DNA of 64,000 nt, taken from NCBI GenBank assembly GCA_900769115.1, contig CAAGFJ010000044.1, positions 7,140-71,139 of the forward strand. Reading direction: 5' to 3'. Source of the DNA: Lachnospiraceae bacterium (GTDB lineage Bacteria; Bacillota; Clostridia; Lachnospirales; Lachnospiraceae). Of the stretch, positions 36,344 through 47,147 are shown piece after piece. The stretch's first letter is position 1; each line of letters begins with the position of its first letter. Below the pieces are notes generated by a model, which was not told the DNA's origin, ran no database searches, and saw only the letters and a list, made by a program, of their open reading frames with translations. Both the position numbers and the translations under genes were made by a program.

Positions 36344-37351
36344 GTGGAGGGTTATTTGCGAAACGAGACACACAGATTAAAGCTGCTATATATAGCAAAG
36401 CTGTTATATGAGGAGACGGATGAACAACATATGCTGACTGCAGATCACATTGTGAAACGTCTGCAGGATAAGGGGATTGTCTGCGAACGGAAGAGTGTCT
36501 ATCGGGATCTGGAGACACTTTCAGCATTTGGCATGGATATCGTGAGGGAATCAAGAGGTGCCTATCTGGCATCAAGAATGTTTGAATTGCCGGAACTGAA
36601 GCTGCTAGTGGATGCGGTACAGTCGTCGAAGTTCATTACGGAGGCGAAGTCTCGGGAACTGATCGCAAAGCTGTCGCATCTGGCGAATCAGCAGGAGGCG
36701 GCAAAGCTGACCAATCAGGTGGTAGTGCACAACCGGGTGAAAGCAATGAATGAGAGCATCTACTATAATGTAGATACGATCCATGAGGCGATCCGGGATA
36801 ATAAGCAGATCACATTTACTTATTATATGTGGAATGAAGATAAGCAGCTGGTGCCGAGGAGAGACGGTGCTAAGTATATACTTTCTCCGTGGTTCTTTGA
36901 GTGGGACAATGATAAGTATTATATGGTTGGATATGAGGAATATTCTGCACAGATGCGGCATTACCGGGTTGATAAGATGAAGTCGATCGAAGTAAATGAT
37001 ACGGCGAGACTGGGACGGGATATATATGAGGCTATTGATCTCAGTGCATATGGAAGCCGGACATTTGGCATGTTTGGTGGAGAGCCTACGACGGTACAGC
37101 TGTCTGTGGATACATCACTTGCAGGGGCGATGATCGATCATTTTGGAACGGATGTATGGATGCACAAGACGCTGCATGAGACGGAGGATGTAAGATTATC
37201 CGTTGTGGTAGATACGGTTGTCAGTGACCGCTTTTTTGGCTGGATCTTTGGTTTTGGAAATAAGATAGAGATCGTGGGGCCGGACTGGGTGCGGCAGAGG
37301 TATGAGCAGATGCTTCACAATGTATTGGATGGTATGAACCAGGATGTTTGA
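36344..37351 (+). CDS. HTH + WYL-domain transcriptional regulator
   Basis: N-terminal wHTH (LLYIAKLLYEETDEQHMLTADHIVKRL) and a WYL region (ITFTYYMWNEDKQLVPRRDGAKYILSPWFFEWDNDKYYMVGY). The start codon (GTG 36344 or TTG 36356) is uncertain. Confidence 0.75.
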   Translation: MEGYLRNETHRLKLLYIAKLLYEETDEQHMLTADHIVKRLQDKGIVCERKSVYRDLETLSAFGMDIVRESRGAYLASRMFELPELKLLVDAVQSSKFITEAKSRELIAKLSHLANQQEAAKLTNQVVVHNRVKAMNESIYYNVDTIHEAIRDNKQITFTYYMWNEDKQLVPRRDGAKYILSPWFFEWDNDKYYMVGYEEYSAQMRHYRVDKMKSIEVNDTARLGRDIYEAIDLSAYGSRTFGMFGGEPTTVQLSVDTSLAGAMIDHFGTDVWMHKTLHETEDVRLSVVVDTVVSDRFFGWIFGFGNKIEIVGPDWVRQRYEQMLHNVLDGMNQDV

Positions 37352-37403
37352 ACCAGAAACCAGGCTGTCTGGGCTGGCATCCAACCGGAGAAGAAAGGGG
37401 TAA

Positions 37404-38885
<1,482 letters not shown>

Positions 38886-39060
38886 CGTTTGGCATATTCC
38901 ATGGAGAACAGGAATCGTAATCAATGGAATTTGAAGCGTGTGTACACACAATCAACACATATTTGTATTAAGGTTACTATTTAACCAGAAGATCTAAGTA
39001 AGAGTGTCTGCCTGTGGGTGTGACATTCTGGTTGAGAAAGAATAATCAGGAGGGATTATT

Positions 39061-39870
39061 ATGACAGGAATAACAATGCAGATGTTAACGGGAATGGGAA
39101 GCTCGTTGTGTGATATGGCGATGGGACTTTATTCCCATTATGGTTATGGCGGTTATGGTTACGGATATGGATATGGTTATCTGTCCTATCTGATCTTTAT
39201 GCTGCCGGCATTGCTGCTTGGCTTGTGGGCGCAGTTTAAAGTGAAGTCTACATTTAATAAGTATAATAATGTACGTAATTCCAGAGGGATTACCGGCGCA
39301 GAGGCCGCAAGGATGATATTGGATCAGAATGGACTTTCCTATGTGCGGATTGAACATATATCCGGTTCCCTTACGGATCATTATGATCCAAGGGACAATG
39401 TGATCCGCCTGTCCTCTTCGGTATATAATTCCACCTCAATCGGGGCCGTTGGGGTTGCGGCACATGAGGCAGGTCATGCCGTACAGCATGCGGAAGAGTA
39501 CGCACCGATCAAGCTGCGGAATGCGATCATTCCGATCTGTAATTTTGGCTCCAGTGTAGGGCCGATTATGATCGTGATCGGATGTTTCTTCTCCGGACAG
39601 TTTGGAAGAAGTCTGATCTTCTTTGGAATTCTGCTGTTTTCGTTGGTTGCACTGTTTCAGCTTGTGACACTTCCGGTGGAATTCGATGCATCAAGCCGTG
39701 CACTTTCTGTTATCCGTGATAGTGGAATGTTTGCGGATGATGATTATAAGGGCGCAAAGAAGGTGCTCTCGGCTGCAGCTATGACATATGTGGCGGCTTT
39801 GGTCACATCCATTATGCAGATCCTTTACTATGTAACCCGTTTCTTAGGTAATGGACGGGATCGGGATTAA
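39061..39870 (+). CDS. Membrane zinc metallopeptidase (Zn_peptidase_2 family) with Gly-Tyr-repeat N-terminal extension
   Basis: HEAGHAVQH HExxH motif and flanking TM helices. AGGAGGG RBS 7 nt before ATG 39061. N-terminal YGYGGYGYGYGYGY. Confidence 0.75.
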   Translation: MTGITMQMLTGMGSSLCDMAMGLYSHYGYGGYGYGYGYGYLSYLIFMLPALLLGLWAQFKVKSTFNKYNNVRNSRGITGAEAARMILDQNGLSYVRIEHISGSLTDHYDPRDNVIRLSSSVYNSTSIGAVGVAAHEAGHAVQHAEEYAPIKLRNAIIPICNFGSSVGPIMIVIGCFFSGQFGRSLIFFGILLFSLVALFQLVTLPVEFDASSRALSVIRDSGMFADDDYKGAKKVLSAAAMTYVAALVTSIMQILYYVTRFLGNGRDRD

Positions 39871-39999
39871 GAAAGTCTTTATTTGACGTAATGTTGGATA
39901 TAGTGATAATATGTAACATATAATGGAATCAGAGAACCGGGATGCATGACACCCGGTTGGAGATTCATATCAATTGACAGGGAAGAAAGGAAAAGAACA

Positions 40000-40905
40000 A
40001 TGAGAAGATTATATAAGAGAGTAACAACAGTAGCACTTGCAGCGGCTATGGTGCTGAGCCTTCCGGCAGCGGGAATGACCGTGAAAGCAGATGCGGCAGC
40101 AGGAACACAGTCCGGTGATGTATATGTATCATTTGGTGCCGATCTGTCATCGGACGAGAAGAAGACCGTTATGGATCTGATGGGAATTACCGAGGATGAT
40201 CTGGAGGATTATACAGTTGGTGAGATTACCAATGAGGAAGAACACGAATATCTGGGTGATTACTTGGATTCCAGCGTGATCGGTTCGAGAGCATTATCTT
40301 CCGTTATGGTAGAGCTGGGAGATGACGGCGATGGAATCAATGTAGAGACGAAGAACATATCCTATTGTACAAAGGGAATGTATACCAATGCATTGATCAC
40401 AGCAGGTATTGAGAATGCAGATGTTACGGTAGCAGGACCATTTGAGATCACAGGTACAGCGGCATTGGTAGGTGCAATGAAAGCTTATTCGGAGCTGACC
40501 GGAGAAGAGGTGTCCGAGGAGAGCATGGATGCAGCGGTTAATGAGCTGGTTGTTACCAGTCAGATGGCACAGGACATTAATTCGGATGATGTAGAACAAT
40601 TGATGGCATTTGTAAAAGCGAAGGTTGTAGAAGAGGGACTGGATAACGACGAGGCAATCGGCAAAGCCATTGATGAGGGTGCCAAAGAATTAGGCATTTC
40701 TATAACAGATGAGGAGAAGCAGACCATTATCTCTTTGATGAAGAAGATCAGTAAGCTGGATCTTAATATCGACAGCATGAAAGAGCAGGCGAAGGACTTA
40801 TTCAACAAGTTAGAGGATATGGGAATTGACAAGGAGCAGGCAAAGAACTTCTTCCAGAAGATCATAGATGCATTGCAGAGTTTCTTTAATAGTATTTTTG
40901 GATAA
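40000..40905 (+). CDS. Secreted DUF1002-family protein
   Basis: Signal peptide MRRLYKRVTTVALAAAMVLSLPAAGMTVKA. SFGADLSSDEKKTVMDLMGI... repeats typical of DUF1002. Start moved to ATG 40000. Confidence 0.6.
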   Translation: MRRLYKRVTTVALAAAMVLSLPAAGMTVKADAAAGTQSGDVYVSFGADLSSDEKKTVMDLMGITEDDLEDYTVGEITNEEEHEYLGDYLDSSVIGSRALSSVMVELGDDGDGINVETKNISYCTKGMYTNALITAGIENADVTVAGPFEITGTAALVGAMKAYSELTGEEVSEESMDAAVNELVVTSQMAQDINSDDVEQLMAFVKAKVVEEGLDNDEAIGKAIDEGAKELGISITDEEKQTIISLMKKISKLDLNIDSMKEQAKDLFNKLEDMGIDKEQAKNFFQKIIDALQSFFNSIFG

Positions 40906-40986
40906 GATATTGCTATTTGCCGTTATGCAGGAGATTTCCGTGATTGATTATACCAAGGCAGCATAAATTGGAAATATAGAATAAAT

Positions 40987-41040
40987 AAGGAAATGAGTTT
41001 CATCACATTTTATTGTGGTGAGCTTCTCATTTCCTTTTTT
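40987..41040 (+). terminator. Rho-independent terminator
   Basis: AAGGAAATGAG (40987-40997) / CTCATTTCCTT (41026-41036), with an inner CATCAC/GTGGTG stem, followed by a T run. Confidence 0.7.
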
Positions 41041-41196
41041 ATTTCCGAACATTATGTGAATTTCATTGTATTTTTTACAATAAGTGGTAAAATGGGGCTA
41101 TCGTGTGTAAAAACAGGGCATACTATCCGTAAAAGTAAGAAGTGACCGGAGCGGGGAAGCAGGATGTTCCGGCATTGGGAATACGGAGAATAGACC

Positions 41197-42174
41197 ATGT
41201 TTTATGAAATGAAAAGGGGCAGAGTGGGATATATCACCTTTGCCGAATTACAGGATGATGCAGTTATGTATGGATTCCCGGAGGAGACGATACGGGCATG
41301 CAGGGAGAATCTGCACAACTTCCGGAGTGATACGATTGTAACAGGGAATCTGGTATTTACGGTGTTAGATCTGATCAATCTGTTGCAGGTGTTTGATGAG
41401 AAGGACCGGTTAGCGATCTATGTACAGAGTGATCTGTGTCTGTTTGTGGAGATTCAGGATGAGGATGGAAGTATCAGAGGCTTGTTTGACCGCGTACTTG
41501 ACAGCTATCGGACAGAGAATGTAAGACCGGCTGTGTTAATGTATGCAGAACCAGGAAGAATAAGGGAGTCCAGGGTTGGGACGGGGGCAATTGATCTTCA
41601 CCACACAGTTCCGGAGAAGTTCCTGTACCGGTTTCTGGATCTGCTGATTCAGGAGGACCGCAAGTTCTTAGAGAATATGGAATTTAACATGAGTGCGTTG
41701 GAGACCAGAATTCTGAAGGAACGGGTGGATGCCGCATTTATTAATGAGATTCTTGTCATGAAGAAAGAACTCATGTATATGTGGAATTATTATGACCAGT
41801 TGATCGATATCGGGGAAGTACTTCGCGATAACGACAATGAGATGTTTCCGCCGGAGAATGTAAGACGGTTTGCAACTTTTACCGAGCGGACGATGCGCCT
41901 TTCTGAGAATGTGAAACATCTGAAGGAATATGCAGTGCAGCTGCGGGAGACACACGATGCCATGTTAGATTATAATTTGAACAACATTATGAAGCTGTTT
42001 ACAGTGATTACGACCATATTCCTGCCATTAACGCTGATCGTTGGCTGGTATGGAATGAATTTTGCTGACATGCCGGAATTGACATGGAAGTATGGGTATC
42101 CGGGAGTAATCGTATTCTCGGTGATCGTGGTTGGAATCTGTATCATAGCTTTCAAAAAATATAAGTTGTTTTAA
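41197..42174 (+). CDS. corA: CorA-family divalent-cation transporter
   Basis: GWYGMNF (GMN) motif before the last TM helices. 325 aa. Confidence 0.85.
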   Translation: MFYEMKRGRVGYITFAELQDDAVMYGFPEETIRACRENLHNFRSDTIVTGNLVFTVLDLINLLQVFDEKDRLAIYVQSDLCLFVEIQDEDGSIRGLFDRVLDSYRTENVRPAVLMYAEPGRIRESRVGTGAIDLHHTVPEKFLYRFLDLLIQEDRKFLENMEFNMSALETRILKERVDAAFINEILVMKKELMYMWNYYDQLIDIGEVLRDNDNEMFPPENVRRFATFTERTMRLSENVKHLKEYAVQLRETHDAMLDYNLNNIMKLFTVITTIFLPLTLIVGWYGMNFADMPELTWKYGYPGVIVFSVIVVGICIIAFKKYKLF

Positions 42175-42188
42175 GCAAGGAGGAACAC

Positions 42189-42875
42189 ATGCTAAGCAAA
42201 ATATTAATTTCAGTTGCGGCTTTGCTTATACTGGCCGGACTACTAGGACTTAAGATGAAGACGGTTGGAAAGAGACTTCTCTTTGTGTGCATTGCGGCGG
42301 CCGGTACTGTTATGTTGTCCGTTGCGGAGATGAACACATATGGGTTAGTTGGAGGATGTTTTCAGGGAATTTACCGGATTCTTGCGATTGTGCCGGGAAT
42401 CCTGTTGTTTCACAGCATCTGTAAGCGGAATCAGGTTACAGATCTGGAAGGGCTGAATGGTATCGGACGCAGGATGCCATATACATATGCGCTTCTCGTA
42501 TTCCTGTGTATGGTGATGATCGGTATTCCGGTTACGGGAACGTTTACCGGTATGATCTATTCAGAGATTGGCTTGTTAGCAGGTGGATACGGTATCTTTA
42601 CTTATGTTGGTCTGGTCGGCAATGTGTTAGGAATCGTGGTTCCGATTATGTTGATGTTTCCGATGCTTCGCCGGATGTATTTCCCTGAGAAGGAAAAAGA
42701 TTCCGATGCAGATACAATCGTCCGTACAGAAGAAGCAGTGGTAACCGTTCCTTCTCCGGCTAAGAGTCTGCTTACAATCAGCTGGCTGCTTGCAGCAGTG
42801 TTGTTTGTGTTTTCTTTATATCAGCAGCCGGTGCTTGTTGTGATCAGTACGGTTATGCAGAAGTTCTTTAGTTAG
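42189..42875 (+). CDS. Polytopic membrane protein resembling the C-terminal part of NuoL/M/N-MrpD antiporter-like subunits
   Basis: GLNGIGRRMPYTYALLVFLCMVMIGIPVTGTFTG matches the TM11-12 region pattern of the Proton_antipo_M family. 228 aa. Confidence 0.45.
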   Translation: MLSKILISVAALLILAGLLGLKMKTVGKRLLFVCIAAAGTVMLSVAEMNTYGLVGGCFQGIYRILAIVPGILLFHSICKRNQVTDLEGLNGIGRRMPYTYALLVFLCMVMIGIPVTGTFTGMIYSEIGLLAGGYGIFTYVGLVGNVLGIVVPIMLMFPMLRRMYFPEKEKDSDADTIVRTEEAVVTVPSPAKSLLTISWLLAAVLFVFSLYQQPVLVVISTVMQKFFS

Positions 42876-42887
42876 GTGGTGGATGAG

Positions 42888-44615
42888 ATGGCGAATAATT
42901 ATGGCGTATTGTTAATCTTTTTGTTTCCGGTTCTGGGTGGTATCATAGGGTTCTTTCTTGGTAAGAAGGATAAAGGCACACGCAATGACTGGATTGATAT
43001 TGTTGTCATTGTACAGCTTGCCATGCTTGCGTATCTGGCCTATATGACGATTGGCAAGGGCGAGACATTTGAGCTGTCACTTGGCAGTTTTCTGGGATTG
43101 GGTCTTTCCCTTACGATGGATGTTGTAACGGTGTTGCTGAGTATTCTGACAACTGTGATCGTTGCAATCGTGACACAGTTTATGAAAGAGTCTATGAAGA
43201 AGGAAGAGAGCAGTAACCGGTTCTATCTGCTGTTTATGTGCACATTTGGCATGGTGCTTGGTGCATGTATGACGGATAATCTGTTTAACTTCTTTATGTT
43301 TATCACGTTGGCATTGTTGTTTGCATGGCCATTGATCATGCATCGCAGAGACCGGATGGCGCTTCGTAATGCCAATATTTATATTGGATTCGTAACGGCT
43401 GGAATGGTATTGATCTTAACAGGGATTGTGATCCTGTTTGGTTATCTTGGCAGCGTGAATTATTCCGGTATGTATTCCTCTATTATGTCAAGAGGCGGAA
43501 GTGGAGCCTTGTTGATCGGTGGGCTGCTGGCAAGTCTTGGATTTGCAATGACGGCAGGTGTATTCCCGGTACAGTTCCAGGTGACAAGAGGATGTTCTTA
43601 CGGATTGATCGAGATATCAACGGTGTTATCCTCTCTCATATCCAAGCTTGGCATCTATGGTATTCTGGTTATAGCGGTAGATCTGTTTGTGGATAATAAG
43701 TTCCATGGAAGGATTCTTCTGGTTGCAGCATTGATGACAGCCATCTGGGGTCTGCTGATTACGTTATCTGCTACGGATATCCGTAAGATTCTGATGGGGA
43801 TTGATGTTGCGACCAATGGGTTCAATCTGTTAGCAGTCAGCCTTCTGGTGTTAGGCGGCAGTTCTAACCAGTATGGAGTGCGCAGTGTCGTATATCTCTT
43901 GTTTGCGGGAGCGTTATCTATTGCGGTCTTATATATGGTGTCTTTGGAACTGGTTCGCCGTAACCAGACATATGAGATCAAGGGGCTGGTTGCAGCGGGC
44001 AAAGGCAATCCGCTGCTTGGAGCAGCGACGCTGCTTGCTGGTGCCAGTCTTGCAGGTGTTCCGGGAACACTTGGTTATCTTGGTTATGCAATCCTGTTTA
44101 AGTCTATCTCAACCGGTGTCGGCTGGAAATGGCTGGTCGTTGTATATATAATTCTCTGGGGCTTCCTGATGACAGCAGTGCTTCGCATCTTCATGAAGTT
44201 CTTTGTGAGCAAACCGGAAGAAGCACTTCGCATCCTGACTTCGGAAGAAGAGCAGCTGGTTGGAGAGAACAGCCTGGAAGAGAAAGGAAAGGATGACCAC
44301 AAGGCATATCGTTTTGGAGAGGTTCTGCTTCTTCTGGCTGGCATTGCCCAGGTTATTATGGGTATCATTCCACAGTGGACGGCAAACCGGGAGGAGGTTA
44401 TTAATAAGTTCATTACCTTCTGCAATATGAATGAGACGGTACATCTGGACATCAATGTATTATCTAAGAGTATTCTGTTAGCGGTTGGCATTGCGGTGTT
44501 ACTTTGCATTGTATTCTATACGAATCTGGTGCATGGAATACTTCTCCGTGTGATCCGGAATCGCAAGAATAAGAAGCTAAAGGAAGAAGCAGAGCAAAAT
44601 AAAGAAAATATGTAA
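42888..44615 (+). CDS. Divergent NuoL/M/N-MrpD-type (proton-antiporter-like) membrane protein
   Basis: Family-like TM pattern, including ...TDIRKILMGIDVATNGF... and GNPLLGAATLLAGASLAGVPGTLGY. The conserved WE and K..P.H.WLP contexts read FAWPLIM and AMTAGVFPVQFQV. Start taken at ATG 42888. Confidence 0.55.
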   Translation: MANNYGVLLIFLFPVLGGIIGFFLGKKDKGTRNDWIDIVVIVQLAMLAYLAYMTIGKGETFELSLGSFLGLGLSLTMDVVTVLLSILTTVIVAIVTQFMKESMKKEESSNRFYLLFMCTFGMVLGACMTDNLFNFFMFITLALLFAWPLIMHRRDRMALRNANIYIGFVTAGMVLILTGIVILFGYLGSVNYSGMYSSIMSRGGSGALLIGGLLASLGFAMTAGVFPVQFQVTRGCSYGLIEISTVLSSLISKLGIYGILVIAVDLFVDNKFHGRILLVAALMTAIWGLLITLSATDIRKILMGIDVATNGFNLLAVSLLVLGGSSNQYGVRSVVYLLFAGALSIAVLYMVSLELVRRNQTYEIKGLVAAGKGNPLLGAATLLAGASLAGVPGTLGYLGYAILFKSISTGVGWKWLVVVYIILWGFLMTAVLRIFMKFFVSKPEEALRILTSEEEQLVGENSLEEKGKDDHKAYRFGEVLLLLAGIAQVIMGIIPQWTANREEVINKFITFCNMNETVHLDINVLSKSILLAVGIAVLLCIVFYTNLVHGILLRVIRNRKNKKLKEEAEQNKENM

Positions 44616-44736
44616 GGATTTACTAAAATAATTGTTGAAGATTATGGGTATTCGTATTAAAATAGAAGTAGCACTGCGAGGGAAGAACCGATTTCTGCCT
44701 GAGCAGTAACTAATTATAACGGAGGTTACAGAATAT

Positions 44737-44985
44737 ATGGATAAGAATGAGATCAAAGACAGGTTGTTAGAGATCATTGAAGAAGAGATGCCGGAAGTGG
44801 ATAAGGCAAGCATTGATACCACAGCATCCCTTGCAGATGATGGATTGGATTCTGTATCCCTGATCAAGGTGATCGTGGATGCGGAGAAGACATTTGATGT
44901 TGCATTTGATGATAGAGAGCTTGCACTCAATAAGTATGAGAATTTAGATGACATGGTGGATTTGATTGAAGAGAAGTTACAATAG
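44737..44985 (+). CDS. Acyl/peptidyl carrier protein
   Basis: 82 aa. Phosphopantetheine-attachment context DDGLDSVSLIKV. Own promoter candidate upstream: TTGAAG, 17-nt spacer, TAAAAT. Confidence 0.8.
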   Translation: MDKNEIKDRLLEIIEEEMPEVDKASIDTTASLADDGLDSVSLIKVIVDAEKTFDVAFDDRELALNKYENLDDMVDLIEEKLQ

Positions 44986-45004
44986 TTGAGGAGGATTACA
45001 TATT

Positions 45005-46051
45005 ATGGCGAACAAAGTAGTATTACCTGTTAAGTATCCTGCCGTTACTTCATGGCAGTGGCATGCAACCCTGTTTTCTATTTTAGGGGATGATGAGAAT
45101 GCGAAGAGATGGATTTATAGTAACTATATTCAGTTACGTTGTTATAATATTGCAGAGTATACGACCGGGGATGAGATCTTATTATGTGATATGATGCCAG
45201 GTTCCAGTGCAATGAAGGAATGCCCTTATCTGATCTTTTCCCTGATCACAAAGCCACAGATTGAGAGCTATTGTGGAGATGTGATTGACTTCATCGTGAA
45301 GACCATTGATCTTGGTGGATACGTGTATGGAGCATTTGATGAGGCTAAGATGTTATGTGATATCAGCGTAGACTATAAGTTCTCGCATGAGTTATTTATC
45401 TATGGCTACAATATGGAAGAAGAAGTATTCTATGTGGGTGACTTTACATTTAAGGATAAGTATTCTTATACAACCGTATCCTTCGACAAGGTGAAGTCTG
45501 GATTTGATGCATTGACAGCCGGAGAAGATCATGTATTTAAGGATGATTATAAGGGAACCCGTGGACTTTATGTCATTCAGAAGAATACGGATAACCGTTA
45601 TTATGATATTGATCCTGCTTTGATCAAGGACACTTTGAGAGAGTACCTGAATGGGGATGATACCAAGAATCATTTCCGTATGATGCGTAATCGTTTTGAT
45701 GATACTGTATTTGGTGTGAATGTATATGATGCACTTCTTGCCAGAGTAGATAAGCAGCTGCATGAGGAAGAACCGGACTTTGATATCCGTGCCCTTCACA
45801 TTGCTTACGATCATAAGGTGTTGATGGCAGATCGTCTGAAGTATCTGATGGCGAATGAAGTGATTCCGTTTGAACAGGATCTGTTGGATGAGTATGAAGT
45901 TGTGGTTGACAACATGTTAGCTGCACGTAACCTGCTTGTTCGTATCTCTGTGACAGGCGAGATTGAGGCTGGTGCCAGAATCAAGACCTACCTTAATGAT
46001 GCGAAAGCCAAAGAGATGGCAATCCTAAGTCATGTAGTGAATGAGTTATAG
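45005..46051 (+). CDS. Hypothetical 348-aa protein between the carrier protein and PPTase genes
   Basis: GAGGAGG RBS before ATG 45005. No motif I can assign. Soluble. Confidence 0.6.
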   Translation: MANKVVLPVKYPAVTSWQWHATLFSILGDDENAKRWIYSNYIQLRCYNIAEYTTGDEILLCDMMPGSSAMKECPYLIFSLITKPQIESYCGDVIDFIVKTIDLGGYVYGAFDEAKMLCDISVDYKFSHELFIYGYNMEEEVFYVGDFTFKDKYSYTTVSFDKVKSGFDALTAGEDHVFKDDYKGTRGLYVIQKNTDNRYYDIDPALIKDTLREYLNGDDTKNHFRMMRNRFDDTVFGVNVYDALLARVDKQLHEEEPDFDIRALHIAYDHKVLMADRLKYLMANEVIPFEQDLLDEYEVVVDNMLAARNLLVRISVTGEIEAGARIKTYLNDAKAKEMAILSHVVNEL

Positions 46052-46781
46052 AAAGAACAGACTGATGTTACATTGTTATTATATGAATTTATGCTGTGAC
46101 TGCTCGAAGGAGCAGTCACAAGCTTTTTATGAAGAATTGCCGGAGGAGCGTCAGGAGAGGATCCGGCATATGAAGAATCCGGTACTGGCAAAGAAGAAGA
46201 TTCTGACGGGACATTTCCTGCAGGTAATCTTACAGGAAGAGACGGGGATAGAACTTAGAAAGCAGCGCTATGTATATAATGAGATTGGAAGACCGTCGTT
46301 AGCAGATCGTACAGTGGATTTCAATCTGTCAGACTCTGGGGACTATGTGGTATTGGCAGTCAGTGACCGGGCAGTAGGGATTGATATAGAACGCCGGAAG
46401 AAGAATCATCTGACCATCGCGAAGCGGTGCTTCTGTCCGGAGGAATATGAGGATATTGCAGCGGCAGGTGGTCCGGAACAACAGGAATTGCGGTTCCGGA
46501 AGTATTGGACGATGAAGGAAGCATATGTGAAGTGCATGGGAAGTGGATTGACAATCCCGCTTCATTCCTTCCGGGTTGTGTGGGATGAGGGTTATACCAG
46601 ATCACATATTATAATAGAAGAAAGCAGCGAATCTGCAGTTGTGGCATATGGCTATACGACATTGTTGCCTGGGCAGGAAGAAGAGTACTGTGTATCAGTG
46701 TGTCAGCAGGAGCCAGTGGAAGAAGTATCCTTAACGGGGATAAGGAAAGGATGCTTGCATGATAGAAATTTTTCGGCATGA
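46041..46781 (+). CDS. Sfp-type 4'-phosphopantetheinyl transferase
   Basis: GIDIERRKK and WTMKEAYVKCMGSGL motifs. ATG 46041 overlaps the previous gene by 11 nt. The alternative start ATG 46065 (MLHCYYMNL) aligns better with Sfp N-termini. Confidence 0.8.
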   Translation: MSYRKNRLMLHCYYMNLCCDCSKEQSQAFYEELPEERQERIRHMKNPVLAKKKILTGHFLQVILQEETGIELRKQRYVYNEIGRPSLADRTVDFNLSDSGDYVVLAVSDRAVGIDIERRKKNHLTIAKRCFCPEEYEDIAAAGGPEQQELRFRKYWTMKEAYVKCMGSGLTIPLHSFRVVWDEGYTRSHIIIEESSESAVVAYGYTTLLPGQEEEYCVSVCQQEPVEEVSLTGIRKGCLHDRNFSA

Positions 46782-47051
46782 TACCCGTTTCATTCGGTGG
46801 AAATAACGACAGATTTCAATTACATAACTATGTTATATGCAATGTGCCTAATAAAATGCCGGAAGGGGTGCGAAACTATTCATAATACACAAATGGGAAA
46901 AAAATCCAGTTATGTGAATGGAAATTCATCTACAAAAAGAGTTTGCTTTTTCTGTTTTTCGTGATATAATGACACCGAAATGCAATGATAGATGATGTAT
47001 CACTATGTAATGAGAAGAATCTTAAGTTTTATGAATAGATTCCATCTGAGG

Positions 47052-47080
47052 TTGACAGATGTAGGGAATGTGTGTATGAT
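47052..47080 (+). promoter_or_regulatory. Candidate promoter of the cps operon
   Basis: TTGACA 47052-47057, 17-nt spacer, TATGAT 47075-47080. A second candidate is TTGCTT 46943-46948 / TGaTATAAT 46962-46970. Confidence 0.45.
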
Positions 47081-47147
47081 ACAACATGTGCATTGCATGA
47101 AGGACGTAATTGTTATAGGTTTACAGGATACTATGGAGGAATGAAGT

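Noticed and set aside
38938-38949. Perfect 12-nt palindrome GTGTGTACACAC after glpK.
   Set aside because: It has no loop and no U tract, so it is not a convincing terminator. There are no repeated copies that would suggest a binding-site family.
39946-39999. ORF-track upstream extension of the DUF1002 gene (MTPGWRFISIDREERKRT).
   Set aside because: The signal peptide begins at MRRLYKR (ATG 40000), which is preceded by a purine-rich RBS. The extension would bury the signal peptide.
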